DNA of 64,000 nucleotides from an uncultured Gemmatimonadaceae bacterium (GCA_963829055.1 CAWHHI010000020.1:448001-512000), one strand, 5' to 3'. Shown: positions 36,358-46,428, numbered from the stretch's first letter. The notes: generated from the letters alone by a model not told the origin. Numbers and translations: made by a program.

Positions 36358-37854
36358 ATGCAACGGGAGCGTAGTACGAACATCGAGTACGCGAACATCG
36401 AGCACGGGCTCCCCATCCCGCGGTCCGACAGGCGTATGCTCGAGCGCGAAGTTCCGGTTCCCACTGGACAGCTCTCCGCGGAGGAGGCGCTCGAGATCGC
36501 CGTCAATGCGTACGTGTACGCATATCCGTTGGTCATCATGGACGTGACGCGCGCCGTATCCACCAACACCGTGGGCGTGAACAACGCCCGGTTGCGCGCG
36601 CCGGTGAATCAGTTCGCCCATGCTCGATCATTCCCCGACGCGACGTTCACCGACGGTGTGCGCCCCAACGCCGACACGCTCTACTCGACCCTCTGGTTCG
36701 ACGTGTCCAGGGAGCCGCTGATCATCACGGTGCTCGACTCGGGGGGGCGGTATTACCTCCTTCCGATGCTCGACCTCTGGACCAATGTCTTCGCATCGCC
36801 CGGCAAGCGAACGACCGGCACCGGACCGCAGCGGTTCGCGATCGTCGGGCCGCAGTGGAGCGGGAAGCTGCCGGCAGGCGTGGACCTCGTACGTGCCCCG
36901 ACGTCGTCAGGCTGGCTCAGTGTGCGCATACAAACAAACGGCCCGTCGGACTATGAGGCCGTGCGCGCGTTCCAGTCCAGGCTGTGCGCGACACCCCTGT
37001 CGGTCTTCGGCACGACGTACACGCCGCCGCCCGGCAGGACCAGCCCGATCTCGGAGGCGTCGCCGGTGGAGCAGGTGGACGCGATGGATGCCTCGACATT
37101 CTTCGGGCGGTTCGCCGCGCTCACCGGCGACAACCCACCGCACGCGAACGACCACCCAATGGTGCAGCGCGTTAGGCGGCTCGGCATTCCACCCGGGGGG
37201 AGGTTCGTTCTGGAACGGCTGGCTCGCACATCGGCCGACGCGTTGGAGCAGGCAACCACGATCGCCAGGGAGAAGATCCTCGCGTACGCGCAGCGCGCGT
37301 CGCGACGCGTCAACGGGTGGTCGATGAGCGGGAACCCTATCGGTACCTACGGCACCGACTATCTGAAGCGCGCGCTGATCGCCCGCATGGGACTTGGCGC
37401 GAACACCGTCGAGGATGCGATCTACCCATCGGCGTTCGCGATGGCCGACGGAACGCCGTTCGAGTCGGCTGGGCGCTACGAGCTGCGCTTCGCAGCGAGC
37501 GAGCTCCCGCCCGCACACGCATTCTGGTCGCTCACGATGTACAACGATCGCCAGCTCTTCGCGGCCAACCCGATCGGCCGATACGCCATCGGGGATCGCG
37601 ATCCACTGCAGTTCGGTCCCGATGGGACGCTGACGCTCTACATCCAACGCGTGTCGCCAGGCACGGAACGAGAGACCAACTGGTTGCCCACGCCGCAGAC
37701 CGGCGGGTTCAGCATGAACCTTCGCATCTACTGGCCCGAGGCGAGAGCACTCGACGGCAGATGGGCACCGCCGCCCGTGAAGCGCATGGGCGCATCGGCT
37801 GAAGCGCTTCAGCGGAGTCAGGTCGTTCGACACGAATGCCTGCATGTCGCCTAA
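36358..37854 (+). CDS. DUF1254/DUF1214 domain protein, copy 2
   Basis: NAYVYAYPLV, RPNADTLYS, FWSLTMYN, NWLPTP..LRIYWP; paralogue of 27430-28902. Confidence 0.9.
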   Translation: MQRERSTNIEYANIEHGLPIPRSDRRMLEREVPVPTGQLSAEEALEIAVNAYVYAYPLVIMDVTRAVSTNTVGVNNARLRAPVNQFAHARSFPDATFTDGVRPNADTLYSTLWFDVSREPLIITVLDSGGRYYLLPMLDLWTNVFASPGKRTTGTGPQRFAIVGPQWSGKLPAGVDLVRAPTSSGWLSVRIQTNGPSDYEAVRAFQSRLCATPLSVFGTTYTPPPGRTSPISEASPVEQVDAMDASTFFGRFAALTGDNPPHANDHPMVQRVRRLGIPPGGRFVLERLARTSADALEQATTIAREKILAYAQRASRRVNGWSMSGNPIGTYGTDYLKRALIARMGLGANTVEDAIYPSAFAMADGTPFESAGRYELRFAASELPPAHAFWSLTMYNDRQLFAANPIGRYAIGDRDPLQFGPDGTLTLYIQRVSPGTERETNWLPTPQTGGFSMNLRIYWPEARALDGRWAPPPVKRMGASAEALQRSQVVRHECLHVA

Positions 37855-37943
37855 CAACCGCGTCGCGTTCACACTGGACCTGCGTTGTCATTGCCGACAG
37901 GGCTTGGCGTCGTGCACTGGCGTCTGATGTCGCTTCCGCGGCT

Positions 37944-37958
37944 ACCATAGTCCAATGG
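37944..37958 (+). promoter_or_regulatory. Regulon box ACCATAGTCCAATGG
   Basis: Consensus match upstream of DUF3300. Confidence 0.55.
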
Positions 37959-38050
37959 CCCCGCCGGTGGCCAAATGGTGGATTGTTGGTGGTAAATCGC
38001 AGCGCACCGGTCCCATAGCACGATGGTCATCGGGCACATGCTGCGGGTGA

Positions 38051-38065
38051 ACAATGGTCCAATTG
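38051..38065 (+). promoter_or_regulatory. Second regulon box ACAATGGTCCAATTG upstream of DUF3300
   Basis: Partial match, 20 nt before CAGCCT. Confidence 0.45.
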
Positions 38066-38179
38066 CCGCATCCGCCACGGTGCGGCAGCCTCCAAAACAG
38101 ACCAGGAGCCGCGCGACACGCGGCGTACTGATCGCGCTCGGTTTCACCACATTCACGCACGCCTGACGAAGGAGTCGAC

Positions 38180-39760
38180 ATGATCGCGAAGTTCCTTCGG
38201 CGTCGACCCCTGGGCACTCTTTCCCTTGGCGCCGCCGTCCTGCTGACCGGCGAGCGCCCGACGCCGCAACAGTCGGCTGCTGCTGCCAATCAGCCCTCCG
38301 CCTCGCAGCAGCGGACGGACACCGCCACGAAGACGGCGTCGACCGCTACGGGCGCAGACACCGCGAAGGCAGACAGCGCCGCGAAGAAGCTTCCACCGGA
38401 GGCGCTCGAGGCGCTGGTCGCACCGATCGCTCTTTATCCTGATGCGCTACTCGCGCAGACGCTCGTTGCGTCGACCTATCCGCTCGAGATCGTTCAACTG
38501 CACCAATGGATGGAGAAGAATTCCGGGCTGAAGGACAAGGCGCTGGCGGACTCGGTCGCCAAGCAGCCCTGGGATCCGAGCGTCCAGTCCATGGCGGCGA
38601 TTCCCGAGGTGGTGAAGCGCCTGGCCGACGACATCCAGTGGACCACCAGCATGGGCAACGCGTTCCTCGCGCAGCAGCAGGACGTGATGAACGCCGTGCA
38701 GGTGATGCGGAAAAAGGCGAAGGAGAAGGGAGCCCTCGAGTCCAACGAGCAGCAGAAAGTCGAGGTCCAGACCGTCGAGTCGAAGCAGGTGATCGTGGTG
38801 GAGTCGAAGAATCCCGAGGTCATCTACGTACCGTCGTACAGCCCGACGGTCGTGTACGGCGCTCCCTATCCCTATTACCCGTATCCGCCGATCTACTATC
38901 CGCCCTATTACCCGGGCACCGCCTTCGTGGCGTTCGGGGTTGGCATGATGTGGGGCGCGGCGATCTGGGGTGGATCCTGCTGCTACGCGGGTTGGGGCGG
39001 CGGCAACGTCTACATCAACAACGGTAACAACTTCGTCGGCGGAGTCGGCGGAGTCGGCGGCGTGGGTGGAGTTGGCGGTGTTGGCGGAGTTGGCGGTGTC
39101 GGCGGAGTTGGCGGTGTAGGTGCTGTTGGTGGCGTAGGCGCTGTTGGTGGCGTAGGTGGTGTTGGTGGTGCCGGCAAGCCCGGTGGTGTCGGTGGCGCTG
39201 GGGGCGTGGGTGGTCCGGTGGCGCGGGGGGCGTTGGGGGCGCCGGTGGAGGCCGGCCGGGAGGTGCTCAACCGAAGGCTAGCCAGGGGGCCGCTTGGTCG
39301 CACAACCCGTCGCATCGGGGCGGCGCGCCTTACGGTGACAAGGCAACGGCAGATCGTTTTGGCGGTTCGTCGCCGGCGACGTGGGCAACCGCTCGTCAGG
39401 CATCGGCGGCGGCGGGGCCGGCAACCGCGGCCCGGGTGGCTCCAGTGGGGGACTTGGTGGCTCCGGTGGGGTTGGGGCTCCGGTGGGCTTGGCGGCTCCA
39501 GTGGGCTTGGCGGCGCAGGGAACGCCGGCGGCGATCGCGTCGGCAACCAGAACATTCCGAGTGATCGAGGTGGTGGCGCGGGTTCGGGGGCCGGCTCGGG
39601 TAATCGCGGCGGCTCGAGCGCCTTCGGCGGCTCGGGCGGCTACAACGGTTCGAGCGCGCGCGCCAGCAGCTCCCGGGGCGCGTCGAGCATGGGATCCCGC
39701 GGGGGGTCACGCGGCGGTGGGGGAATGTCACGCGGAGGAGGAGGAGGACGACGGAGATGA
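38180..39760 (+). CDS. DUF3300 domain protein with glycine-rich tail (tail frame uncertain)
   Basis: LVAPIALYPDALLAQ..ASTYPLEIV, WDPSV, LGNAFL-like MGNAFLAQ, VIYVPSYSP..VYG. Confidence 0.9.
   Translation: MIAKFLRRRPLGTLSLGAAVLLTGERPTPQQSAAAANQPSASQQRTDTATKTASTATGADTAKADSAAKKLPPEALEALVAPIALYPDALLAQTLVASTYPLEIVQLHQWMEKNSGLKDKALADSVAKQPWDPSVQSMAAIPEVVKRLADDIQWTTSMGNAFLAQQQDVMNAVQVMRKKAKEKGALESNEQQKVEVQTVESKQVIVVESKNPEVIYVPSYSPTVVYGAPYPYYPYPPIYYPPYYPGTAFVAFGVGMMWGAAIWGGSCCYAGWGGGNVYINNGNNFVGGVGGVGGVGGVGGVGGVGGVGGVGGVGAVGGVGAVGGVGGVGGAGKPGGVGGAGGVGGPVARGALGAPVEAGREVLNRRLARGPLGRTTRRIGAARLTVTRQRQIVLAVRRRRRGQPLVRHRRRRGRQPRPGWLQWGTWWLRWGWGSGGLGGSSGLGGAGNAGGDRVGNQNIPSDRGGGAGSGAGSGNRGGSSAFGGSGGYNGSSARASSSRGASSMGSRGGSRGGGGMSRGGGGGRRR
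39035..39225 (+). repeat. Imperfect 9-bp tandem repeat encoding (GGV/GAV)n
   Basis: GTCGGCGGA / GTTGGCGGT / GTAGGTGCT units. Confidence 0.85.
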
Positions 39761-40677
39761 CCATGTCCACGTTAGGCATCATGCGCGCGGGCACCGTGGT
39801 GGCCGCCCTCACCCTGGGAACGGCGTGCAACCGGCCGCCGCAGGAGTTCGACACGCCGGAGGCCGCGGTTGAATCGCTGGTCGCCGCGGCGGAACGGTAC
39901 AATGTCCCGGCGCTCAAGAAGATCCTCGGGACGAAGGGTGCCGCCCTCGTGACCTCTCCTGACGCGGTGAGCGACAGCCTTGACGCCACGCGGTTCGCGG
40001 AGCGGGCACGAGTCAAGCAGCGGCTCGACTACGACTCGTCGAGGACGACGGCGTTCCTTGCGGTTGGAGATCTGGATTGGCCAATGCCCGTCCCGGTCGT
40101 GGAGCGTGCCGACAAGAAGTGGTCGTTCGATCCGGAAACGGGGACCGACGAGATCCTCCTCCGGCGCATTGGCCGCAACGAGCTCGATGCGATCGACGTC
40201 TGCCGCGGGTACGTCGAGGCGCAGAAAGCGTACGCCCTGGAAAAGCACGACGGCGCGCTGGTGAACCAGTACGCACAGCGCGTCATCAGCAGTCCGGGAA
40301 AGCACGACGGGCTGGCGTGGCAGGCCGCTGACGGCAGCTGGCAGGGTCCCGTAGGCCAGGCGGTGGCTCGCGTGATCGCGCAAGGGTACAGGAAGGACAT
40401 GCCCCCGTATCACGGTTACTACTTCAAGATCCTCAAGGGCCAGGGCCCCGCGGCGCCACTGGGACAACTGGACTTCGTGGTCGAGGGCGCGATGATCGGC
40501 GGCTTTGCGCTCGTGGCCGCTCCGGCCGAGTACCTGGTGACCGGGGTGAAGACGTTCATCGTCGGCTACGACGGCATCGTGTACGAGAAAGACTTCGGCG
40601 AGAAAACGCTCGACGAGTTCCGCGCGATGGAGCGGTACAACCCGGACTCGACGTGGAAACCGGTCGGGAACGAGTGA
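39757..40677 (+). CDS. DUF2950 domain lipoprotein
   Basis: LGTAC lipobox, FDTPEAAV, WPMPVPVV, RRIGRNEL, PYHGYYFKIL, GGFALVA.PAEY..TGVKTF; ATGA overlap with DUF3300. Confidence 0.92.
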   Translation: MTMSTLGIMRAGTVVAALTLGTACNRPPQEFDTPEAAVESLVAAAERYNVPALKKILGTKGAALVTSPDAVSDSLDATRFAERARVKQRLDYDSSRTTAFLAVGDLDWPMPVPVVERADKKWSFDPETGTDEILLRRIGRNELDAIDVCRGYVEAQKAYALEKHDGALVNQYAQRVISSPGKHDGLAWQAADGSWQGPVGQAVARVIAQGYRKDMPPYHGYYFKILKGQGPAAPLGQLDFVVEGAMIGGFALVAAPAEYLVTGVKTFIVGYDGIVYEKDFGEKTLDEFRAMERYNPDSTWKPVGNE

Positions 40678-40714
40678 CGCGGTCGCGGTCGCGCGCGAGC
40701 TCTCCGACCGGCTC

Positions 40715-42409
40715 TCAGTCGCCGGGAATCGACGTCGGTGGGCGCATCGGGCCGCGTTGTGTCAACCGGACGTCGTCGCGCGACACGGCACCGCGAACCG
40801 GACCATCGACGCCCGCCACGTCTTCCATGTAGACGAGCTGCGTCGGCCGAGCGAACGCGCTGCCTGACGACTCCACGACTGTCGCGACCCGCAACAGGAA
40901 CTCCTCGCGTACGGCCAGAAACTCGAGGTAGTCCGAGGTCGACACGTACACGAAGAGCTCGATCTCGGCGGCGCGCTCGCCGAGGTCGACCAGCCGAGCG
41001 CGCGACGTCTTGGTTTCCAACCTGGGGTTGTCGGCAATCAGATCGCGAATTCCGCCGAGTATCGATCGCAGTTGCTCTGCGCTCGTGCCGTACTGCAGGT
41101 ACAGGCGAGTCTTCATCAGGATCTTTGCGCGGGTCGCGAAGTTCTCGACGCTCGACCCTGACAACGTGCCAGCCGGGATCGACAACAGCGTCTGATCCTC
41201 CGTCCGAAGTCGAATCGACCGCAGTGTGATGCCTTCGACGACGCCCGTTCGATTCGAGATGATGCACAGGTCGCCGACGGCAAGCACTCTGTCGCTCAGT
41301 AGAGCGATTCCGCCAAGCAGATTCTCCACGGTCTTCTGCGCGCCGAGCGCGATCGCGATGCCCCCGATACCAAACCCGGCGAGCGCCGTCATGGTGTCTA
41401 CGCCAGCGACCGTCAGGATCGTCAGGATGGCCAGCACCAGGATGAGCCCCTGGAACAAGCGTTCGGCGAGCAGCATGAGCGATCGCGTGCCGGTTTGCGA
41501 TCGGCCATGGACCAGGCCGCGAGCGTGCTCCATCGCCAGCGACAGCATGCGGAGGAGCAGCCACGCCACCGCGACGACCGTGACGACCGCGGCGACGTGC
41601 GCGTAGCGGAACCGGAACGCCAACGGCAATCCGATGAGCGGCGTGAGCACGTAATAGTGAATGACGTCAGCCACGATGACGATCATCGGCCACCGAAGCC
41701 CGGCATACCACACATCGAGACGGTACCGCCGTCCGGGCTCGAGCCTGGTGCGCCGTACGAAGCCGACGAGAACGGCCGACAGTAGGCGAAGCACGAGCAC
41801 CGGGATGATGATCGAAGCGGCCAGCAGGATCCATTGCGCGGCCGAGACGCCGAGCACCGAGCGCCTAACGAGCGGCGCCGGCATCACGCGTTGAGCCCAG
41901 GACTCGCCGATCGATCGGTACAGCGCCGGAACCTGGGACAGCGTCTCGGTGGAGATCAGCCAGATGGGACCCGCCTGCGGGTCGGTGACGCGCACCAACG
42001 CGATGTCCACCAGACGGTCGCCGATGACGAGCGGCCCCACGCGCTCGCGGTCAGCCGGGAGTCCGTCGTCCAACTCGCCATCGGGTCCGCCGCTGATAGT
42101 CGCGATGGGCTGGACGAAATGGCGGTCCATCATTTCACTCAGGGCCCGCGCCAACGCCTCGGCATTTCTCGCTTGCGAGCCCCTGAGCTGCAGGTACCTC
42201 GCAGCAGAGGCGAAATCGCCGCGATCCACCGCGCGCGTGAACCCGGCGATCGTGCCCCTGGGAGCGTCGCGTCCAAAAGGATCCTCGACTTGTGGCGGAG
42301 GCGTGCTCGGCGCCTGGGAGCTCGCGGCGCCTCGGATCTGGGCGACGCTCGGGCCGGCGAACGCCACCATCAGCAGGAGAGTCTTGAGCACCATGGCGCC
42401 GGCCGTCAT
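40715..42409 (-). CDS. MscS family mechanosensitive channel with N-terminal periplasmic domain
   Basis: DPFGRDAPRGT, LAGFGIGGIAIALGAQKTVENL, GVVEGITLRSIRLRT; intact 564 aa. Confidence 0.92.
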   Translation of the reverse strand: MTAGAMVLKTLLLMVAFAGPSVAQIRGAASSQAPSTPPPQVEDPFGRDAPRGTIAGFTRAVDRGDFASAARYLQLRGSQARNAEALARALSEMMDRHFVQPIATISGGPDGELDDGLPADRERVGPLVIGDRLVDIALVRVTDPQAGPIWLISTETLSQVPALYRSIGESWAQRVMPAPLVRRSVLGVSAAQWILLAASIIIPVLVLRLLSAVLVGFVRRTRLEPGRRYRLDVWYAGLRWPMIVIVADVIHYYVLTPLIGLPLAFRFRYAHVAAVVTVVAVAWLLLRMLSLAMEHARGLVHGRSQTGTRSLMLLAERLFQGLILVLAILTILTVAGVDTMTALAGFGIGGIAIALGAQKTVENLLGGIALLSDRVLAVGDLCIISNRTGVVEGITLRSIRLRTEDQTLLSIPAGTLSGSSVENFATRAKILMKTRLYLQYGTSAEQLRSILGGIRDLIADNPRLETKTSRARLVDLGERAAEIELFVYVSTSDYLEFLAVREEFLLRVATVVESSGSAFARPTQLVYMEDVAGVDGPVRGAVSRDDVRLTQRGPMRPPTSIPGD

Positions 42410-42460
42410 ACGAGCTGGTGAACGTGGACCTCAGGTAATTGAGGCCGATTAGGTATTGGG

Positions 42461-43042
42461 CTATCCAGGTGGAGCGACCACGACATAGGTCGTCGAGGTG
42501 CCCGCGAATTGCGGTTGGTACCACGTGCTGCCGCACTGCTGGTACGTCAGTCCGTTCACGACGACAGCGCTGCAGGACGGCGGAATCGTATTGACGATCG
42601 ATCCGATCACGGCCGCCGTCACCGCGACCGCGGCCGTCACCGCGACCGCCGTCGCAACCGGGTTATAGCAGCAGCCCCCGCCGCCGTAGTAGGCACCGCC
42701 GCCATGGACGTTCACGTTGACGTTGTGGTCGACGTTCACGTTCACGTTCCGATTGATGTTCGTGTTGTTGTTGATGTTTGTGTTGTTGTTGATGTTCGCG
42801 TTGTTGTTCGTGTTGCGATTGGCGTTCGTATTCGAGCCCGCGGTGCGATTACTCGTGCTCGCGCTCGGGCTCTTGCCCGAGTTGACACTCGTTCGCGCAC
42901 TGCCTCGGGATGCGCCGCCACCACCACCGCCGCCGCCACCGCCTCCTCCTCCGCCACCGCCGCGTCTCTGCGCGAACGCCGACGACGCGACGAACAACAA
43001 CGCGACGCCTATCGTTAGCATCCGATGCACCAGCTTTTTCAT
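42461..43042 (-). CDS. Exported low-complexity Gly/Asn-rich protein
   Basis: Signal peptide ending AFA-Q, poly-Gly, (NNNTNI)n, C-terminal C..VVVNGLTYQQCGSTWYQP. Confidence 0.8.
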   Translation of the reverse strand: MKKLVHRMLTIGVALLFVASSAFAQRRGGGGGGGGGGGGGGGGASRGSARTSVNSGKSPSASTSNRTAGSNTNANRNTNNNANINNNTNINNNTNINRNVNVNVDHNVNVNVHGGGAYYGGGGCCYNPVATAVAVTAAVAVTAAVIGSIVNTIPPSCSAVVVNGLTYQQCGSTWYQPQFAGTSTTYVVVAPPG

Positions 43043-43053
43043 GTCCGACCTCC

Positions 43054-43842
43054 CTACTTCTTTTTGGCGTCAGTGCGCGCGGCGCTCATGTCCATGAACG
43101 TGATCTTCTTGGCATCGGGGGGCGGGACGAACACGAACGCCGCGTCGTTGAACGACGGCGCGAGGTTCCACGTGTACACCACCATGTGCTGCGGCCGCGC
43201 TTCGTCGGTCAGCGTCGTGAGGACGAGCTTGAGCGGCAGTGGATGGGAGCCTTTCTGAATCCAGATCTGCCAGTCGAGCCCGTCCTGTCGAAATGCGTAC
43301 TGCTCGCAGGTGATGTTTTCGACCACGCTGGGCCCGATGTCCGTCGCGGCCTTGATATCGGCGACACTCGACTTGGGCGTGCCCCAGAGAAACAGGTCCA
43401 CGAATGGCATCTCGATCTCGTACTTCTCGTCGAGTCGCGTGAGCAGCTCCCGTATCGTCGCCGGCGCGTCCACCGTGGCGTAGTAGCTCACGCGCGGAGC
43501 CCAGAGCGTGAACGACTTTCCGTCGTACAGGAACGTTCGCTCGATCCGATCGTTGACCACATTGGCCACCAATCGGTCTGGGTTGCGCACGAGCATGTCG
43601 GTGGCGCTCGTGTACTGGATTCGCTGCCCATCGGTGAGCACGTCATCCGACGTCACCCGCGCCTTGACCTGGTATTCCTTCAGGCCGCGCAAGTAGGCGC
43701 CCATATCGTTGAGCGCAGTGATGGCGTCGGGATCGATCGCGGAATTCGGCGGCGTCGCCTGGGCAGCGGCGACGGCCGGTGCACGTGCGGCCATCACGCA
43801 GGTCACGGCGAGCGAAATGGCAACGCAGCTCAAGCGGTTCAT
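43054..43842 (-). CDS. DUF2092 domain periplasmic protein
   Basis: Signal peptide, MGAYLRGL, YDGKSFTL..YYATV.AP.TI, AFRQDGLDWQIWI, FVFVPP. Confidence 0.9.
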   Translation of the reverse strand: MNRLSCVAISLAVTCVMAARAPAVAAAQATPPNSAIDPDAITALNDMGAYLRGLKEYQVKARVTSDDVLTDGQRIQYTSATDMLVRNPDRLVANVVNDRIERTFLYDGKSFTLWAPRVSYYATVDAPATIRELLTRLDEKYEIEMPFVDLFLWGTPKSSVADIKAATDIGPSVVENITCEQYAFRQDGLDWQIWIQKGSHPLPLKLVLTTLTDEARPQHMVVYTWNLAPSFNDAAFVFVPPPDAKKITFMDMSAARTDAKKK

Positions 43843-43903
43843 CAGGTGTCCTCCATGCGTGGCCGACAGCGACTTCCAGCATGGGTTGGCTCACCGCTGG
43901 CGA

Positions 43904-43918
43904 CTATTGCACCTTCGG
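43904..43918 (-). promoter_or_regulatory. Regulon box CCGAAGGTGCAATAG
   Basis: Consensus match, 20 nt before CATGCT. Confidence 0.7.
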
Positions 43919-43997
43919 GTCATGCGTCAGCGCCTTGCCCGAGATGGCTCGCATCGCCGTCGTGCTGTTTCCCGCCGTGCACCGGCGGTCGGCGGCG

Positions 43998-44381
43998 TTA
44001 GCGGGTCGAGACTGTCGAGAAATTGAGCGGGCTCCCCACCCGTAGCTCGATCAGCTGTCCCGGCATCACTGTGATCGCGTCCGTCAGATAGCCGCGGGAC
44101 GCGCCTATCGGATCGACCAGCAGGCGCGCCGACTCGGTCGAAACGACCCCCTGTTTGATGCGGAACGTCGCATGACTAAGGCCGGTAACGGTTCCCATTC
44201 GGATCCGCGCGGTACCATGCACGAGGTAGATGACGACATCCAGCCAGTAGTCGTTCTGGACAACCAGCTGACTCGACTGTTGGCTTGCCGAGCCTGCGCC
44301 GGCCCCGCGCGCCGCGCACGCGCCCATGGCCGCTTCCATAGTTACGAGGGCGAGCACGGGGGTAAGTGCCGTGAATCGCAT
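43998..44381 (-). CDS. Small hypothetical lipoprotein
   Basis: RBS GGAGG, lipobox-like MGAC, beta-rich domain LVVQNDYWLDVVIY..RMGTVTG. Confidence 0.7.
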   Translation of the reverse strand: MRFTALTPVLALVTMEAAMGACAARGAGAGSASQQSSQLVVQNDYWLDVVIYLVHGTARIRMGTVTGLSHATFRIKQGVVSTESARLLVDPIGASRGYLTDAITVMPGQLIELRVGSPLNFSTVSTR

Positions 44382-44450
44382 CGGTCCTCCCTGCTCCGTG
44401 GTTTTTGGAGCGTTAGGCGATACTATGGTACACGCCCATGGCAATATCAG

Positions 44451-44465
44451 CAATTGGACTATGGA
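44451..44465 (-). promoter_or_regulatory. Regulon box TCCATAGTCCAATTG
   Basis: Consensus match, 20 nt before TACCAT. Confidence 0.7.
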
Positions 44466-44536
44466 TGGAACAGGGCGACGCCGCCGCCGTAGCTTCCATC
44501 TGCGGGCCGCGCCGGAGGCCTACGCCAGCGCGGCTC

Positions 44537-45310
44537 TCACTTCATCGTCGCGCGCACGTCAACCAATGCCTGGTCGAACGAGCTCACGCGGATGAGCCCC
44601 AGGCGCGGGTACTCGAGGTCCATGATGACATAGCTGGCGACCGCGGTCGTGGCCGCGAACCCGATCATGTAGACCCAGTTGCGCGCGTGTGCGCCCGCCA
44701 TGCCGTAGCCCGCCAACAACGCGGCCGCCAGGGCCACAGTCGCCAGCATCACCCAGATCACGGGGTGCGGGTGCATCTGCCCCGCGAGCAACCGGGCCTC
44801 CGCGATGTCGAACATCTCGTTCAGCGCCGGGATGAGCAGCACCCGCGCCGGCTCGCCCCCCGGGGCGACAGAGGCGGCGACAGAGCGCGCCCATATGTCG
44901 TCCTGGGCGCGCGCGGCGTTCGCCAACTCGATCTTCGCCGCCGAGAGATCGGGGAGCTTGCGGTAGGCAGCCAGCCTTGCGTCGAGGTAGCGTCGAAAGC
45001 CATCCCGAATCGCCGACTGCGGTTCCGCCGGCAAAAGGTCGATGCGCAGCCAGGCGGTGCCGATCGCGTTGACCTCCTGGACGATCATCTCGCGTCGGCC
45101 CTCGAATCGGTTCGCCGCGCCGGAGAACGTGAATCCCATGAGCAGCGCGAGGAGGCCGAACACCGCGCCCTCCACGATGCCGACGCCTCCACGCCCGGCC
45201 GGATCCCGTGCGAGCTCCCGGTTGCCGATACGCCGGCCGAGTTCCAGGAAGAGGAGCAGGCCGGCAAAGAGGCCGCCGGCGAACGCGAGCGCGAGGAGCA
45301 TGAAACTCAC
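44537..45310 (-). CDS. DUF4239 / bestrophin-like membrane protein
   Basis: GLLALLMGFTFS, EVNAIGTAWLR, ALNEMFD, IMDLEYPRLGLIRV. Confidence 0.85.
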   Translation of the reverse strand: MSFMLLALAFAGGLFAGLLLFLELGRRIGNRELARDPAGRGGVGIVEGAVFGLLALLMGFTFSGAANRFEGRREMIVQEVNAIGTAWLRIDLLPAEPQSAIRDGFRRYLDARLAAYRKLPDLSAAKIELANAARAQDDIWARSVAASVAPGGEPARVLLIPALNEMFDIAEARLLAGQMHPHPVIWVMLATVALAAALLAGYGMAGAHARNWVYMIGFAATTAVASYVIMDLEYPRLGLIRVSSFDQALVDVRATMK

Positions 45311-45555
45311 GATTGGGCCTAACGAGAATGGTCGATCATGGGACGTCGCCGAGCAGGTGGGTGCGGCGGGTGGAGAGGAGGAACACCTGTTCGTCGGGAC
45401 TCTGTCCCTGGAACACCGGATCGACCGGCCGCCTGGACATCGTTAGGCGCCTGCCGGGCGTACGGCGGCTCTCCGGTCTCAGCGGCCCATCCGGGCGCGA
45501 GACGATTTCATCCCACATGCGGCCGAGAAGGCCAATCATGGAAATACACCTGCAC

Positions 45556-45587
45556 GGCTGCCGGCGCCCCGCGGGGCGCCGGCAGCC
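45556..45587. repeat. Perfect 32-bp palindrome (possible terminator or cruciform)
   Basis: GGCTGCCGGCGCCCCGCGGGGCGCCGGCAGCC equals its own reverse complement; 28 bp past the 45615 stop. Confidence 0.85.
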
Positions 45588-45614
45588 ACCTACCACATTG
45601 CACCGAATGCGCGG

Positions 45615-46290
45615 TCAGAACGCGACAATGAGTCCGCCGCCGAAACTGCCCTGATGCAGCCACGCCGTACCCTCGGCCGCGTAGCACCCGTAGTAGCTGC
45701 ACCACGTGCCATACTCGCCGGACGGGACGGGCGTCACCATCCACCGGGCGTCAAAGCGCAAGCCGAAGCGACTTTCCGGCCTCATCCACTTCGCGCCTCC
45801 GCCGAGCGTCCAGGAGAACCGCGTAGAGCTATCGAGGTTTTGGCCCTTGGGGTCCAGGATGTTCACGCCGAGGGACCCTGAAATGAACGGTTTCAAAGCC
45901 TTCACCCAGCGGGAGGTCCTGCCTGAAGCCCAGCTGGATGTAGTTGTTCGCGAAGTCGCCAACCGTTTGCGTTGCGACGGAGGGCAGATCGGAATTGAAA
46001 TCGACATCCGTGTCCTGGCGCAGATACCAGATCTCCGCCGCCGAAGTGGCGCTCGTGAGGAAGCTAGTGATTCCGCCCCAGCTGACCGAGCTGTTCTCCG
46101 AGAGCTTCCCCGAGGCGATGTTGGCGAGTGCGTCCGTGTCGAACGTCCCTCCTGTCTGATAGGCGCCGAACGGGGTGATCTCGAACCGGTGCGTGGCACC
46201 GTAGTACTGGGCTTGACTGGATGCCGTGACCCCGACGAGCAGCGTCGCGGCCAGCACCGACACGCGCGCGGACGATCGCATACGGAACAT
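45615..46290 (-). CDS. Outer-membrane beta-barrel protein (frameshift near 45910)
   Basis: Signal peptide, FEITPFGAYQTGG, PFISGSLG, FSWTLGGG, terminal GLIVAF; RBS GGAGG. Confidence 0.8.
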
Positions 46291-46428
46291 GGTAGTCCTC
46301 CATCTCGAATACGTTAGGTATCGTCTCGGATCAGCGCGCATGGGGAGCGAAAGCCGAGGTCGAGTCCAGTCCGGGACCGGTCCCGGACGTGGAGTGCGTT
46401 GGATGATTGTCGACTGCCAGCCGCGCGG

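Noticed and set aside
39035..39225. Repeat array as a CRISPR or other non-coding repeat
   Set aside because: The 9-bp units vary at third codon positions inside an ORF and there are no unique spacers or cas genes.
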